Shown here one piece after another: positions 1 to 7,656 of a stretch of 64,000 bases of DNA (the stretch's first letter is position 1; each line of letters begins with the position of its first letter). Where the stretch lies: sequence record AY692264.1; one strand, written 5' to 3'. The translations under genes and the position numbers were made by a program. This DNA is from Escherichia phage T5. The notes under the pieces were generated by a model. That model ran no database searches and was not told the DNA's origin. It was given only the letters and a program-made list of their open reading frames with translations.

Positions 1-29
1 GGGATTTCTCCTCATCAATTTATATAAAT

Positions 30-58
30 ATTATAACAAGAAATTAAGCATTAAGCAA
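30..58 (-). promoter_or_regulatory. sigma70-type promoter (leftward)
   Basis: Reverse complement TTGCTT-17-TATAAT. Confidence 0.5.
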
Positions 59-83
59 CTGCGTTTTTGAAATTTCTTGGACT

Positions 84-157
84 TGGTACTCGGTGATAGA
101 ATCGAACTATCACAACCGCCGTGTAAAGGCGGGGTTCTCCCATTATACTAACCGAGC
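84..157 (-). tRNA. tRNA-Val (anticodon TAC)
   Basis: Reverse complement folds as cloverleaf: acceptor GCTCGGT/ACCGAGT (G1-U72), anticodon stem CCGCC/GGCGG with loop TTTACAC, T-arm GATAG-TTCGATT-CTATC, CCA encoded. Confidence 0.6.
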
Positions 158-164
158 AAAAATT

Positions 165-242
165 TGGTGGGTTGCACAGGACTCGAACCTGTAACCTATG
201 GTTTAAAAGACCAGTGCTCTAAACCAGTTGAGCTAGCAACCC
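165..242 (-). tRNA. tRNA-Lys (anticodon TTT)
   Basis: Reverse complement: acceptor GGGTTGC/GCAACCC, D-arm GCTC..GAGC, anticodon loop CTTTTAA, T-arm ACAGG-TTCGAGT-CCTGT, CCA encoded. Confidence 0.6.
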
Positions 243-410
243 TTAGTAACCATTATATACTTCTTTAATAGTATGGACTTTCAAATAAAGGTGATTAGTA
301 CTAAACTCCGCCATTACTTCTTTTTCATTTTTTCCATAATGTGCAAGTAAGGATTTTGATGTATTCTTACCTAAACGTTTGTCACTTACTACTAATCGAA
401 ATACTTTCAT
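243..410 (-). CDS. hypothetical small protein (~55 aa, MKVFRLVVSDKRLGK...)
   Basis: Hand-found ORF below track threshold; AGAGGA Shine-Dalgarno 8 nt upstream of ATG; abuts tRNA-Lys. Confidence 0.3.
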   Translation of the reverse strand: MKVFRLVVSDKRLGKNTSKSLLAHYGKNEKEVMAEFSTNHLYLKVHTIKEVYNGY

Positions 411-430
411 TTCGAAATCCTCTATTAAAA

Positions 431-508
431 TGGAAGCGGGTGCAGGAATCGAACCTACCTCTTTCTAGCTTATGAGACTAGCGATCTCTACCAGAGATCT
501 AACCCGCA
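431..508 (-). tRNA. tRNA-Met or Ile2 (anticodon CAT)
   Basis: Reverse complement: D-arm GATC..GATC, anticodon stem CTAGT/GCTAG with loop CTCATAA, T-arm GTAGG-TTCGATT-CCTGC, CCA encoded; position 1-72 mismatch. Confidence 0.55.
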
Positions 509-514
509 ATTGTT

Positions 515-591
515 TGGTCTCCAATGAAGGACTCGAACCTTCAACCCCACCGCCCCAAACGGTGTACTCTAGCCAATTGAGCTAATCGGAG
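515..591 (-). tRNA. tRNA-Pro (anticodon TGG)
   Basis: Reverse complement: acceptor CTCCGAT/ATTGGAG, anticodon stem CACCG/CGGTG with loop TTTGGGG, T-arm GAAGG-TTCGAGT-CCTTC, CCA encoded. Confidence 0.6.
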
Positions 592-786
592 AAAATTATT
601 TCTTCAGCCACAACATGCTTAATCCTAGCATTGTAAAGCCTGTACTTAATCCTATTACCTTTTCTATCATAGAAAAGTTATCTATGTTAAATCCTACTAT
701 TACTATAGGGATAACCCAAGTACACATGAATACTGATGCAATTTTATACTTCACTTAGCTTTCCTTCTCTTCACTTTATAAGATAT

Positions 787-815
787 ATTATACAGAGAAT
801 TAAGCATAATAGCAA
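787..815 (-). promoter_or_regulatory. sigma70-type promoter, likely driving tRNA-Pro/Met/Lys/Val
   Basis: Reverse complement TTGCTA-17-TATAAT. Confidence 0.55.
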
Positions 816-964
816 CTACATTTTTCATAAATTTACTTATTGTGTAGGCCACCTGGAGGCTACCAACCCCACGGCTGACAAAGAAGTTTGCGAGACTTCT
901 CTTAAAAGCCAGAATAGACCCGCCGATCTATCGGAACCTACATAATAAGTAAACTTTATAGTGT

Positions 965-1085
965 CATCCTAGACAGGATTCGAACCTGCTATCACTTGTG
1001 CGGACTTACGAGAACCATTCTTTCACTCGAATCGAACGAGCTTCTGCCCTCGCCAAGTTGGTTTCCCCATCAACCACGCTAGAAT
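965..1085 (-). ncRNA. atypical tRNA-like element (~120 nt) with two T-arm-like hairpins
   Basis: 3' part has canonical T-arm GCAGG-TTCGAAT-CCTGT plus acceptor strand CTAGGAT; the only complementary 5' strand (ATTCTAG) is 120 nt upstream; a second hairpin GCTCG-TTCGATT-CGAGT lies inside; does not fit a canonical 73-93 nt tRNA. Confidence 0.3.
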
Positions 1086-1207
1086 GTTAGATTGTTTTCA
1101 GTGCAAGAGTCCGAGTCTTGGACACGACCGCTTCGCAAGTACATAGGCAGCTTATCATGAGTCAGCACTTCCGAATTGCTAGCTCCGTGTTCTGCACTGA
1201 AATTTTA

Positions 1208-1555
1208 TTAGTTTAACCGTAAAGTATTATCTACTTCACCATTAATTGTTCGGCACTCCTCTGGGATTGCCGGAGTGGCCTTGTATTCCCACCACTCAGC
1301 ACCATCATATTCCCCACGTTCTAGCCAAGTTCCGTCGGCAAACCATACATTACCATAAAGTAATTGTCCACCGTATCCAGAATCATATTCAAAGTCTAGG
1401 TTATCAAGAAAATCCTCAATATCTTCTTCTGTATAACCTAAAGGTAATACCCAAACTTTTTTATCCCCATAATACCCGAATTCTATTTTAATACACTTAA
1501 CTTCAGAATTAGTATTTTTTAAGGCAAGTAACAGCTCTTCTTTGGCATTACGCAT
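1208..1555 (-). CDS. hypothetical protein (115 aa from internal Met)
   Basis: Track ORF 1208..1642 trimmed to MRNAKEELL start so it does not overlap tRNA-Asp. Confidence 0.45.
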   Translation of the reverse strand: MRNAKEELLLALKNTNSEVKCIKIEFGYYGDKKVWVLPLGYTEEDIEDFLDNLDFEYDSGYGGQLLYGNVWFADGTWLERGEYDGAEWWEYKATPAIPEECRTINGEVDNTLRLN

Positions 1556-1580
1556 AGTATATTCCCATACTGAATTAATT

Positions 1581-1657
1581 TGGCGCGACCGATGGGATTT
1601 GAACCCACATTCTCTCCCGTGACAGGGGAGTACCATTACCAAGCCAGCCCCGGTCGC
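1581..1657 (-). tRNA. tRNA-Asp (anticodon GTC)
   Basis: Reverse complement: acceptor GCGACCG/CGGTCGC, anticodon stem CTCCC/GGGAG with loop CTGTCAC, T-arm GTGGG-TTCAAAT-CCCAT, CCA encoded. Confidence 0.65.
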
Positions 1658-1666
1658 ATAATTTAT

Positions 1667-1846
1667 TTACTCAGCTTTGAGTTGTGATTTCAACCAGTTA
1701 GTAAACCCCAGCTCAGTTACGCAATCTTTATCAATACGTTGCAGGTCTCCTAGAACCGTACTTAGATGCTTAACTGATACAGCGTCACCACTTTTGCGAG
1801 CAGCTTCAATCAACTCTCGCAGTACATAAAGCATATTCATGCCCAT
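1667..1846 (-). CDS. hypothetical small protein (59 aa, MGMNMLYVLRELIEAARKSGD...)
   Basis: Hand-found ORF; start overlaps stop of upstream small ORF (TAATG). Confidence 0.4.
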   Translation of the reverse strand: MGMNMLYVLRELIEAARKSGDAVSVKHLSTVLGDLQRIDKDCVTELGFTNWLKSQLKAE

Positions 1847-2016
1847 TATTTCATCCCCAATGCTTGGTTAAAAGATTGTTCTGTCATAACTGCTGAAACT
1901 TTGGCGAAATCAAACTTTTTAGGGTTCGTAGTGATCTCAGCAACGTTGGAAGTTTTAACAGTTTTCGTAGTACGAATACCGCGAGTGTTAACACCAATGA
2001 CGATCAAGTTTTTCAT
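1846..2016 (-). CDS. hypothetical small protein (56 aa, MKNLIVIGVNTRGIRTTK...)
   Basis: Hand-found ORF; GAGAGGAAG Shine-Dalgarno upstream of ATG; consensus promoter immediately upstream. Confidence 0.45.
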   Translation of the reverse strand: MKNLIVIGVNTRGIRTTKTVKTSNVAEITTNPKKFDFAKVSAVMTEQSFNQALGMK

Positions 2017-2047
2017 ATTTCGCTTCCTCTCATTAATTTATGAAAGT

Positions 2048-2076
2048 ATTATACAGAAGTTTAAGTATTTAAGCAA
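2048..2076 (-). promoter_or_regulatory. sigma70-type promoter
   Basis: Reverse complement TTGCTT-17-TATAAT upstream of the small-ORF pair and tRNA-Asp. Confidence 0.55.
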
Positions 2077-2084
2077 ATAAATTT

Positions 2085-2534
2085 TTAAGTTTTAGTGACA
2101 GCAGGCTTATAAAATGTATGTCCCTTAATCTTAGTTGTTTTCTTAAACTTCTTTGTCCAGTATGGTTTATCTTTACCACTATGGAAGTATAAAGCTCCAT
2201 GTGTAGGATCTTGTGGTAAATCAACGTAGTATATCACTCTAGCTAAATTCTTGGCGGTTTGCCAAGCCTCATCGGTTTTATCGACTTTTGGTCTCTTAGA
2301 TACCCAAGAGAACTGGTTAGACTGATATACTACTTTACAGTAGGAATCTGGAAATTTGCCGGAGTTTACACGGTTTTTAGTAACCTGTGCAACCGCCATC
2401 ATTCCCTTTATGCCCTCACCACGACTCTCGAAATAGATATTTTTAGCAATGCAATCTATTTCTTTTGCATCGTGCGATGCTTGACTACTAAAGCTGAAGG
2501 TAAGGGCAGCTACTAAAAGCAAAGCTGCCTTCAT
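2085..2534 (-). CDS. secreted SleB/CwlJ-like (Hydrolase_2 family) cell wall hydrolase
   Basis: Signal-peptide-like N-terminus MKAALLLVAALTFSFSSQA; motif ESRGEG..GMMAVAQVTKNRV...C.VVYQSNQFS resembles the SleB hydrolase domain; AGGAG RBS before the internal Met chosen as start. Confidence 0.55.
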   Translation of the reverse strand: MKAALLLVAALTFSFSSQASHDAKEIDCIAKNIYFESRGEGIKGMMAVAQVTKNRVNSGKFPDSYCKVVYQSNQFSWVSKRPKVDKTDEAWQTAKNLARVIYYVDLPQDPTHGALYFHSGKDKPYWTKKFKKTTKIKGHTFYKPAVTKT

Positions 2535-2539
2535 TCTTT

Positions 2540-2857
2540 TTACTCCTGCCAATCGTATTCAATACGATTGGGGTTTTCTTTGTATCCCAAGTCAAGCAAA
2601 TCATTACGCATAGTTTGCTTAGCTACGGGATTCGAGGTTACTAGTACCACTTTCTTTGGTCTCTGCCCAAATTCTAAAAGTAAACGAAGAATTTGATAAC
2701 CTTCCATACCATCTACAGCCAAATCGTTATCGAAATAAACAAAATGGCCAGTGGTATCAGTTTTATTCAGAAACTCGATAGCGGCTTCTGGGGTTCGAAT
2801 GATAATGTCCATTCCGTGAAGATTACGCACATCATCAATCAAAATATGAAAAGTCAT
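2540..2857 (-). CDS. hypothetical protein, possible CheY-like receiver fold
   Basis: 105-aa ORF with RBS and upstream promoter; pattern ILIDD...DNDL..GMEGYQILRLL...VVLVTSNP is receiver-like (weak). Confidence 0.5.
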   Translation of the reverse strand: MTFHILIDDVRNLHGMDIIIRTPEAAIEFLNKTDTTGHFVYFDNDLAVDGMEGYQILRLLLEFGQRPKKVVLVTSNPVAKQTMRNDLLDLGYKENPNRIEYDWQE

Positions 2858-2887
2858 AATAGCCTCGTTTCATCAATTTAAAAATAT

Positions 2888-2916
2888 ATTATACAGAAAA
2901 CTTAATAAATTAGCAA
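2888..2916 (-). promoter_or_regulatory. sigma70-type promoter
   Basis: Reverse complement TTGCTA-17-TATAAT upstream of 2540..2857. Confidence 0.55.
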
Positions 2917-3299
2917 ATACATTTTTAAATTGTGAAACTAGTAAACCGATAAACAGCCTAGAGGCGCCACAGGCCATATCTTACGAGCCATGTACCTTTG
3001 ATCTAGGGTTTGAATCATCAACGAATACTTTGCATCTTTTAGCTTTAGAAGTTTAGAAGTTTGAGTTCTTTAAACTTTTCAGCTTTCATACTTAAATGTT
3101 GATCTTTGAAGTTGTGTCGGTAATATCAACGACTTTTTGTTTTTACGTGTCAGATTAAATGTCTGATGTAATAAACATAATCTCCAATAGATTATACTTT
3201 ATAGTATGGTCAGCGGTCTTATTTAACCTCGTATTTCAACCGCTGCTGCGAGGTAAGATGCTTGGGCTTTCGTCTACCGATTTACTAGCTTTTAAATTA

Positions 3300-3938
3300 T
3301 TACTCTACTTCAATGAAGGTAGAGGCATTAGACTCGGACAGAACAAAGTCAACATTTGTTGCAAAGTCCTGGTATTCCTCGTCATGCTGTTTAATCAGCT
3401 TCTCCAGTCCCAGCGGATCAATCAAGAATGGAGTATTCTTGAGTTCCAACAGGTTGAGCTGCATTTTAACTTCATCTTCGGAAGTTTTCTTATCGCGGGT
3501 AGCCATGCTATCCTGCAAACGCTCATATTTAGCATCAAACTGTGCTTTCTGCGTATTAAACTTAACCGTAGCGGCATGGAACTGCTTACGCATATTAGCC
3601 AGCAACTGAGCTTTAAGCTCCATAGAACGCTTAGCTTCAATTGCTTCTGCAACAGTCATTTTACGAGAACCGATCTCAACGATCGTTTCTGCGTTGCTCT
3701 TAATCAGAGCAGCTTTGATACGATCACGCTGGGACATCATATCCAGCAGAGACTGGAAATCAGTCTTAATACGAGTAGACAGGGCATCTACTTCGATTGC
3801 GGCGCCAACTACAACCTGGTTTTTATCCTTACCTTCACCAACAGCGATCAGAAGCTGTTGTTCAGTAGCTTTACGGATTTTAGCTTCCAGAGATTTGATG
3901 GTTGCCAGAGCACGAGTTTTAGAAATACGAGTGGTCAT
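3300..3938 (-). CDS. hypothetical protein (212 aa, coiled-coil-like)
   Basis: ORF with AAGGAAG RBS; preferred over the antisense 3159..3956 ORF. Confidence 0.55.
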   Translation of the reverse strand: MTTRISKTRALATIKSLEAKIRKATEQQLLIAVGEGKDKNQVVVGAAIEVDALSTRIKTDFQSLLDMMSQRDRIKAALIKSNAETIVEIGSRKMTVAEAIEAKRSMELKAQLLANMRKQFHAATVKFNTQKAQFDAKYERLQDSMATRDKKTSEDEVKMQLNLLELKNTPFLIDPLGLEKLIKQHDEEYQDFATNVDFVLSESNASTFIEVE

Positions 3939-3990
3939 TGTTTCTTCCTTATATGAAGTTTAAGATTTGAATTTGTTTAAAGTTGGTCTA

Positions 3991-4173
3991 TTACAGACCA
4001 ATTGCCAGTAGGGTACGCAGAACAGTATCTTTACTGTTATCAATTTTAGGATTAGCACGATTTAGCAGATCAAAGATTTTCTGGACACCTGATTGACGTT
4101 CAGCCATACGACGGATACCCAGATTACGAGTAGCTTTCTTACCATTTTTACGAACATTTTTAGATACTGGCAT
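3991..4173 (-). CDS. small basic protein (60 aa)
   Basis: Lys/Arg-rich ORF; conserved leader AAAAGGAAAACAAAT before ATG; promoter upstream. Confidence 0.5.
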   Translation of the reverse strand: MPVSKNVRKNGKKATRNLGIRRMAERQSGVQKIFDLLNRANPKIDNSKDTVLRTLLAIGL

Positions 4174-4213
4174 ATTTGTTTTCCTTTTGTTGTTTTCTCA
4201 AATTTATGAATAT

Positions 4214-4242
4214 ATTATACAGAATTTTGAAGCTGGAAGCAA
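4214..4242 (-). promoter_or_regulatory. sigma70-type promoter
   Basis: Reverse complement TTGCTT-17-TATAAT upstream of 3991..4173. Confidence 0.55.
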
Positions 4243-4243
4243 A

Positions 4244-4945
4244 TCAAATTTTGATTTTTTCGACCATAGCTGCAACACAATAGCTCTCAACTAAGGCATC
4301 GAATGCTGGGTCATGTTTAACTGGGTAGATTCCATAACGAATGGTGTCCATCTTCTCCATCTTAGCTTTTGCCCAGCTAATCCCCTCTGCTTCTAGGTCT
4401 TTGTAGCTATAACCAGCCTGCATCCAGAGATTGCGGAGAGATCGAACATTGCCCAAGTTCCAGAATTTCCACGGAACTATTTCTTCATTGGTTCCAGCAT
4501 GAAACGTATTTGCAGAATAGATAGTCATATCAAATTCTGGGCCGTTGCCATAATACAAAGCATTCTCACCTAGAGCCAACTCCATAATATTTTGGGCCAT
4601 AGAGTAAGCAGCATAGTTAGAGCCGAGTTTATTAGTACAACGATGTTTACCATTTTGGAATGCAATCAGCTTTGGATTACGATCGTTCATAGCTTCCATA
4701 ATATGGAGAGCTGATGGACTATTTTTAGCTTGATCCATCCAGAATGCTAGAGTAGATGCCGTAACTTTAGCTCCAGAATTAAGCTGATCTTGTACATCCA
4801 AAGTAACAAACACTAGATCGGGGTCTTTATCAATTCCATGCATAGCCACAAAAGCGAAAGAAGGCATTGCGATATGAGTAGTACCGCAATCTCCTGGAGT
4901 TCCTAGAGATTCAATATCTAGCATACCAAATGGTTTTACTTTCAT
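4244..4945 (-). CDS. DEDDh-family 3'-5' exonuclease (DnaQ/RNase T/DexA-like)
   Basis: Motifs LDIESLG (Exo I), FD (Exo II), HDPAFDALVESY (Exo III H-x4-D). Confidence 0.65.
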   Translation of the reverse strand: MKVKPFGMLDIESLGTPGDCGTTHIAMPSFAFVAMHGIDKDPDLVFVTLDVQDQLNSGAKVTASTLAFWMDQAKNSPSALHIMEAMNDRNPKLIAFQNGKHRCTNKLGSNYAAYSMAQNIMELALGENALYYGNGPEFDMTIYSANTFHAGTNEEIVPWKFWNLGNVRSLRNLWMQAGYSYKDLEAEGISWAKAKMEKMDTIRYGIYPVKHDPAFDALVESYCVAAMVEKIKI

Positions 4946-4973
4946 AACTTATCTTTTATTGCGTAGAAAACTA

Positions 4974-5210
4974 TTAAAGAGCTGTCTCTTTAATAGACTC
5001 CCACTTCTTGAGGTCTTTAGAACCAGGAAGCATATCCTCACTGACATCCCAGTTCTCTTCCATAGAGAAGTCAGGCCATTCATTCCAGCTACCTTCCAGC
5101 TCTTCATAACAGGTATTCATTACCTCATGACTAGAAAGTCGTGTATAATCTCTAGCGGATTTATGGGTGCTAGCACGGTTAAAATCATTCTTTGCTACAA
5201 AATTACGCAT
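4974..5210 (-). CDS. hypothetical protein (78 aa)
   Basis: ORF with TGGAGAA RBS; same strand as neighbours; the overlapping plus-strand ORF 4959..5228 is rejected. Confidence 0.45.
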   Translation of the reverse strand: MRNFVAKNDFNRASTHKSARDYTRLSSHEVMNTCYEELEGSWNEWPDFSMEENWDVSEDMLPGSKDLKKWESIKETAL

Positions 5211-5217
5211 AGTTTCT

Positions 5218-5243
5218 CCAAAATATGAGGGGCTTTCGCCCCT
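5218..5243 (-). terminator. rho-independent terminator
   Basis: Hairpin AGGGGC-GAAA-GCCCCT followed by T-rich run on minus strand. Confidence 0.55.
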
Positions 5244-5252
5244 ATTTATCTA

Positions 5253-5768
5253 TTACTTCGCTTTACGCTTGCGAGCTGGTTTAGCAGATTTACGAGCAGA
5301 ATCGCCCGTGAATTTAATCCCTACACCGTAGCACAGAGCACGAACGTTATCTTTGCTATACTCTACACCGAAGATATTTGGCTTAACAGAACCAAACTGT
5401 CCACGAGCATCACGCAGTACATCTGCCGTTGGTTTACGCTTCTGGTTAACTGCTTTCTCATAATCTTTCATGGCCATGCCATTACGAGAGAACAATTCAG
5501 CTCCAGCATTGAAACTCAGTGTTACTGGAACAGATTTGTGACCATAACCCTGTACATAGGTCACAAGGCGGGCTACAGAACGAGTAGCATTCTTAGCCTT
5601 CGGCTTTTGACGAATCGGAGCCGGACGATTCAGTGCCTGTGCAGCTTGAGCATCAGTAGGATGCTTGCGCAGGTGGCGTTCCAGACGAGCTTTGCGGTTA
5701 GCCTCAGTCTGCGGGAAAGTTTTAACTGTAGTAGCTGCTTGAGTTTTTGCGTTTTTCTGCTTAGCCAT
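5253..5768 (-). CDS. hypothetical basic protein (171 aa)
   Basis: Lys/Arg-rich termini; conserved AAAAGGAAAACAAAT leader; terminator hairpin downstream. Confidence 0.55.
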   Translation of the reverse strand: MAKQKNAKTQAATTVKTFPQTEANRKARLERHLRKHPTDAQAAQALNRPAPIRQKPKAKNATRSVARLVTYVQGYGHKSVPVTLSFNAGAELFSRNGMAMKDYEKAVNQKRKPTADVLRDARGQFGSVKPNIFGVEYSKDNVRALCYGVGIKFTGDSARKSAKPARKRKAK

Positions 5769-5806
5769 TATTTGTTTTCCTTTTTGTTTATCAATTTATG
5801 AAGTAT

Positions 5807-5835
5807 ATTATACGAGAATTTGAAGCGTTTAGCAA
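5807..5835 (-). promoter_or_regulatory. sigma70-type promoter
   Basis: Reverse complement TTGCTA-17-TATAAT upstream of 5253..5768. Confidence 0.55.
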
Positions 5836-5851
5836 ATGAATTTTTTAAAAA

Positions 5852-6130
5852 TTATCTGCCGACCATCTTAGCTTGTTCTTCATCAGAAACGTATTGATAT
5901 GCACCCTTGTTATACGCCGGAGCAGTGCACATCTTCTTACGCTCAATTTCTTCTTGAGCTTTACGTTCACGTTCTGCCAATTCCTCATCCAGATAAACTA
6001 AACGTTGTTCTGGAGGAGGTGGAAGACGTGTTTCTGGCTCACCAATATTAGCCTTTCTTATTTGACGAGGTGATTGTGCACGTTTTCTCAACGGTTTAAA
6101 TCCTAATGAATTTGAGTTATAAATTCGCAT
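5852..6130 (-). CDS. hypothetical protein (92 aa)
   Basis: ORF with GAGGAGGG RBS. Confidence 0.5.
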   Translation of the reverse strand: MRIYNSNSLGFKPLRKRAQSPRQIRKANIGEPETRLPPPPEQRLVYLDEELAERERKAQEEIERKKMCTAPAYNKGAYQYVSDEEQAKMVGR

Positions 6131-6157
6131 AAAGCCCTCCTCACTTTCAATACGAAT

Positions 6158-6186
6158 ATTATACTAAATTAGAGGGCTTTAAGCAA
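6158..6186 (-). promoter_or_regulatory. sigma70-type promoter
   Basis: Reverse complement TTGCTT-17-TATAAT; flanked by inverted repeat AAGCCCTC/GAGGGCTT. Confidence 0.5.
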
Positions 6187-6206
6187 GAAGATTTTTAATT
6201 TATTTA

Positions 6207-6683
6207 TCACATCTCGGCCATTTCAGCTTCAGTAATAACTGTGTTACACAATGCATCTACAGCTTCATTACCACTAATACCAGAATGTCCTTTAACCTTA
6301 ATAAAGGTAGGATTAGTATTGTGGAAGTTAATGTATTGCTGGGTTAATTTAAATGCTTCTTGCCAAAGTTCTAGATTAAGAGGAACTTCACCATCTGCTT
6401 TCTTCCAGCCTTTCCTTTGCCAAGAGAACATCCAGCTTTCCATACCATTTTTGCAATAAGCAGAATCAGTATAGATAACAATTGGTCTATTATCTTTTTT
6501 AACTGACCAACGTAGAGCTTCTACAATAGCTGTGAGTTCCATCTCATTATTTGTAGTTTTAGGACTATAACCAGATTTAGAGCCTAAACGATCGTCGTTA
6601 TCATCATAGACAATAAAACCCCAAGCACCCGGGCCAGGGTTGGACTTACAAGCGCCATCTGTATAAACATGGAAAACTGACAT
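6207..6683 (-). CDS. rnhA: ribonuclease H
   Basis: YTDGAC..NPGPGAWGF RNase HI signature; ATG start with GGAG RBS chosen over the track TTG start. Confidence 0.8.
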   Translation of the reverse strand: MSVFHVYTDGACKSNPGPGAWGFIVYDDNDDRLGSKSGYSPKTTNNEMELTAIVEALRWSVKKDNRPIVIYTDSAYCKNGMESWMFSWQRKGWKKADGEVPLNLELWQEAFKLTQQYINFHNTNPTFIKVKGHSGISGNEAVDALCNTVITEAEMAEM

Positions 6684-6734
6684 TATTTGCTCCAATTAAT
6701 AGTTACCCAATAGCCTTCACGCTAATTATGATCA

Positions 6735-6764
6735 AGTAAAATATATTATATTTGAAATTATACC
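6735..6764 (-). promoter_or_regulatory. sigma70-type promoter for rnhA
   Basis: Reverse complement TTGCTT-18-TATAAT. Confidence 0.5.
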
Positions 6765-6782
6765 TAATAAGCAAGTACAATT

Positions 6783-6810
6783 TCAAATATAATAGCCCCC
6801 GAAAGGGCTA
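6783..6810 (-). terminator. rho-independent terminator after thyA
   Basis: Hairpin TAGCCC-tttcgg-GGGCTA followed by TTATATTTG on minus strand. Confidence 0.5.
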
Positions 6811-6816
6811 TTTGAG

Positions 6817-7656
6817 TTAAGAAGACATCTTAGCTTTAAGAGCTGGGTGAGGATCGTACCCCTCTAAATGGAATGACCAAGCTGCCGTATTATTTTCTAG
6901 TAAGTCGTAAAGATCTACAAATTCTGGCATTACTAGAGTCGGTAGAGGGCGTGGCTTGCGTTTTACCTGTTCTTCTACCTGTTCCATGTGGTCATTATAG
7001 ATATGAGTATCACCGCCACTAAAGATAAGATAACGAGGTTTTAATCCTGTCAGTTTTGCTAATATATGCGTTAGCAAAGCATAGCTAGCAATATTGAAAG
7101 GTAAACCGAGGAAACAATCCACAGAGCGTTGTGTCCATTTAAGATCTAGGTATCCATCGTTACTTACATAGCACTGGAAGCCGTAGTGGCAAGGGGGTAA
7201 TGCCATTTTATCAAGTTCAGCTACGTTCCATGCAGAAACTAGATGTCTGCGGCCATGAGGATTATTCTTGAGTCCTTCAATAAGTTCTAGAATCTGATCT
7301 CGCCCACCAAAGTTACGCCACTGTTTACCATATACTGGTCCTAGATTACCCTTATCATACCCCATACTTATAGCTTGGTCTTCATAATTTGGAGTCCAGA
7401 TGGTCCACTGTCCTTCGTCACGACCAAATGTGAATACACGTAGATCATGAAGATTTGTGGAACCAGACAAGAACCATAAAAGTTCTCCTACTACTGATTT
7501 CCAGGCTAGGCGTTTAGTAGTTACAGCCGGGAACCCTTCACGTAGGTCAAACTTAGCATAGGAATCAAAAATTGAAACTGTGCCCGTTCCTGTACGGTCA
7601 TTACGGGGTTCACCTAGTAAAATTACATCTGTCAAAATTTTTAAGTATTGTTGCAT
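6817..7656 (-). CDS. thyA: thymidylate synthase
   Basis: 279 aa; LPPCH catalytic-Cys motif and overall ThyA pattern. Confidence 0.9.
   Translation of the reverse strand: MQQYLKILTDVILLGEPRNDRTGTGTVSIFDSYAKFDLREGFPAVTTKRLAWKSVVGELLWFLSGSTNLHDLRVFTFGRDEGQWTIWTPNYEDQAISMGYDKGNLGPVYGKQWRNFGGRDQILELIEGLKNNPHGRRHLVSAWNVAELDKMALPPCHYGFQCYVSNDGYLDLKWTQRSVDCFLGLPFNIASYALLTHILAKLTGLKPRYLIFSGGDTHIYNDHMEQVEEQVKRKPRPLPTLVMPEFVDLYDLLENNTAAWSFHLEGYDPHPALKAKMSS

Noticed and set aside
596-727. Hydrophobic ~43-aa minus-strand mini-ORF between promoter and tRNA-Pro
   Set aside because: No Shine-Dalgarno sequence before the ATG; more likely part of the tRNA precursor leader.
736-945. 69-aa plus-strand ORF in the tRNA region
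   Set aside because: Overlaps a minus-strand promoter, has no RBS, and runs against the local transcription direction.
3159-3956. 265-aa plus-strand ORF
   Set aside because: Antisense to the better-supported minus-strand gene 3300..3938; low-complexity Leu/Phe/Cys-rich translation; no RBS; every neighbouring gene is on the minus strand.
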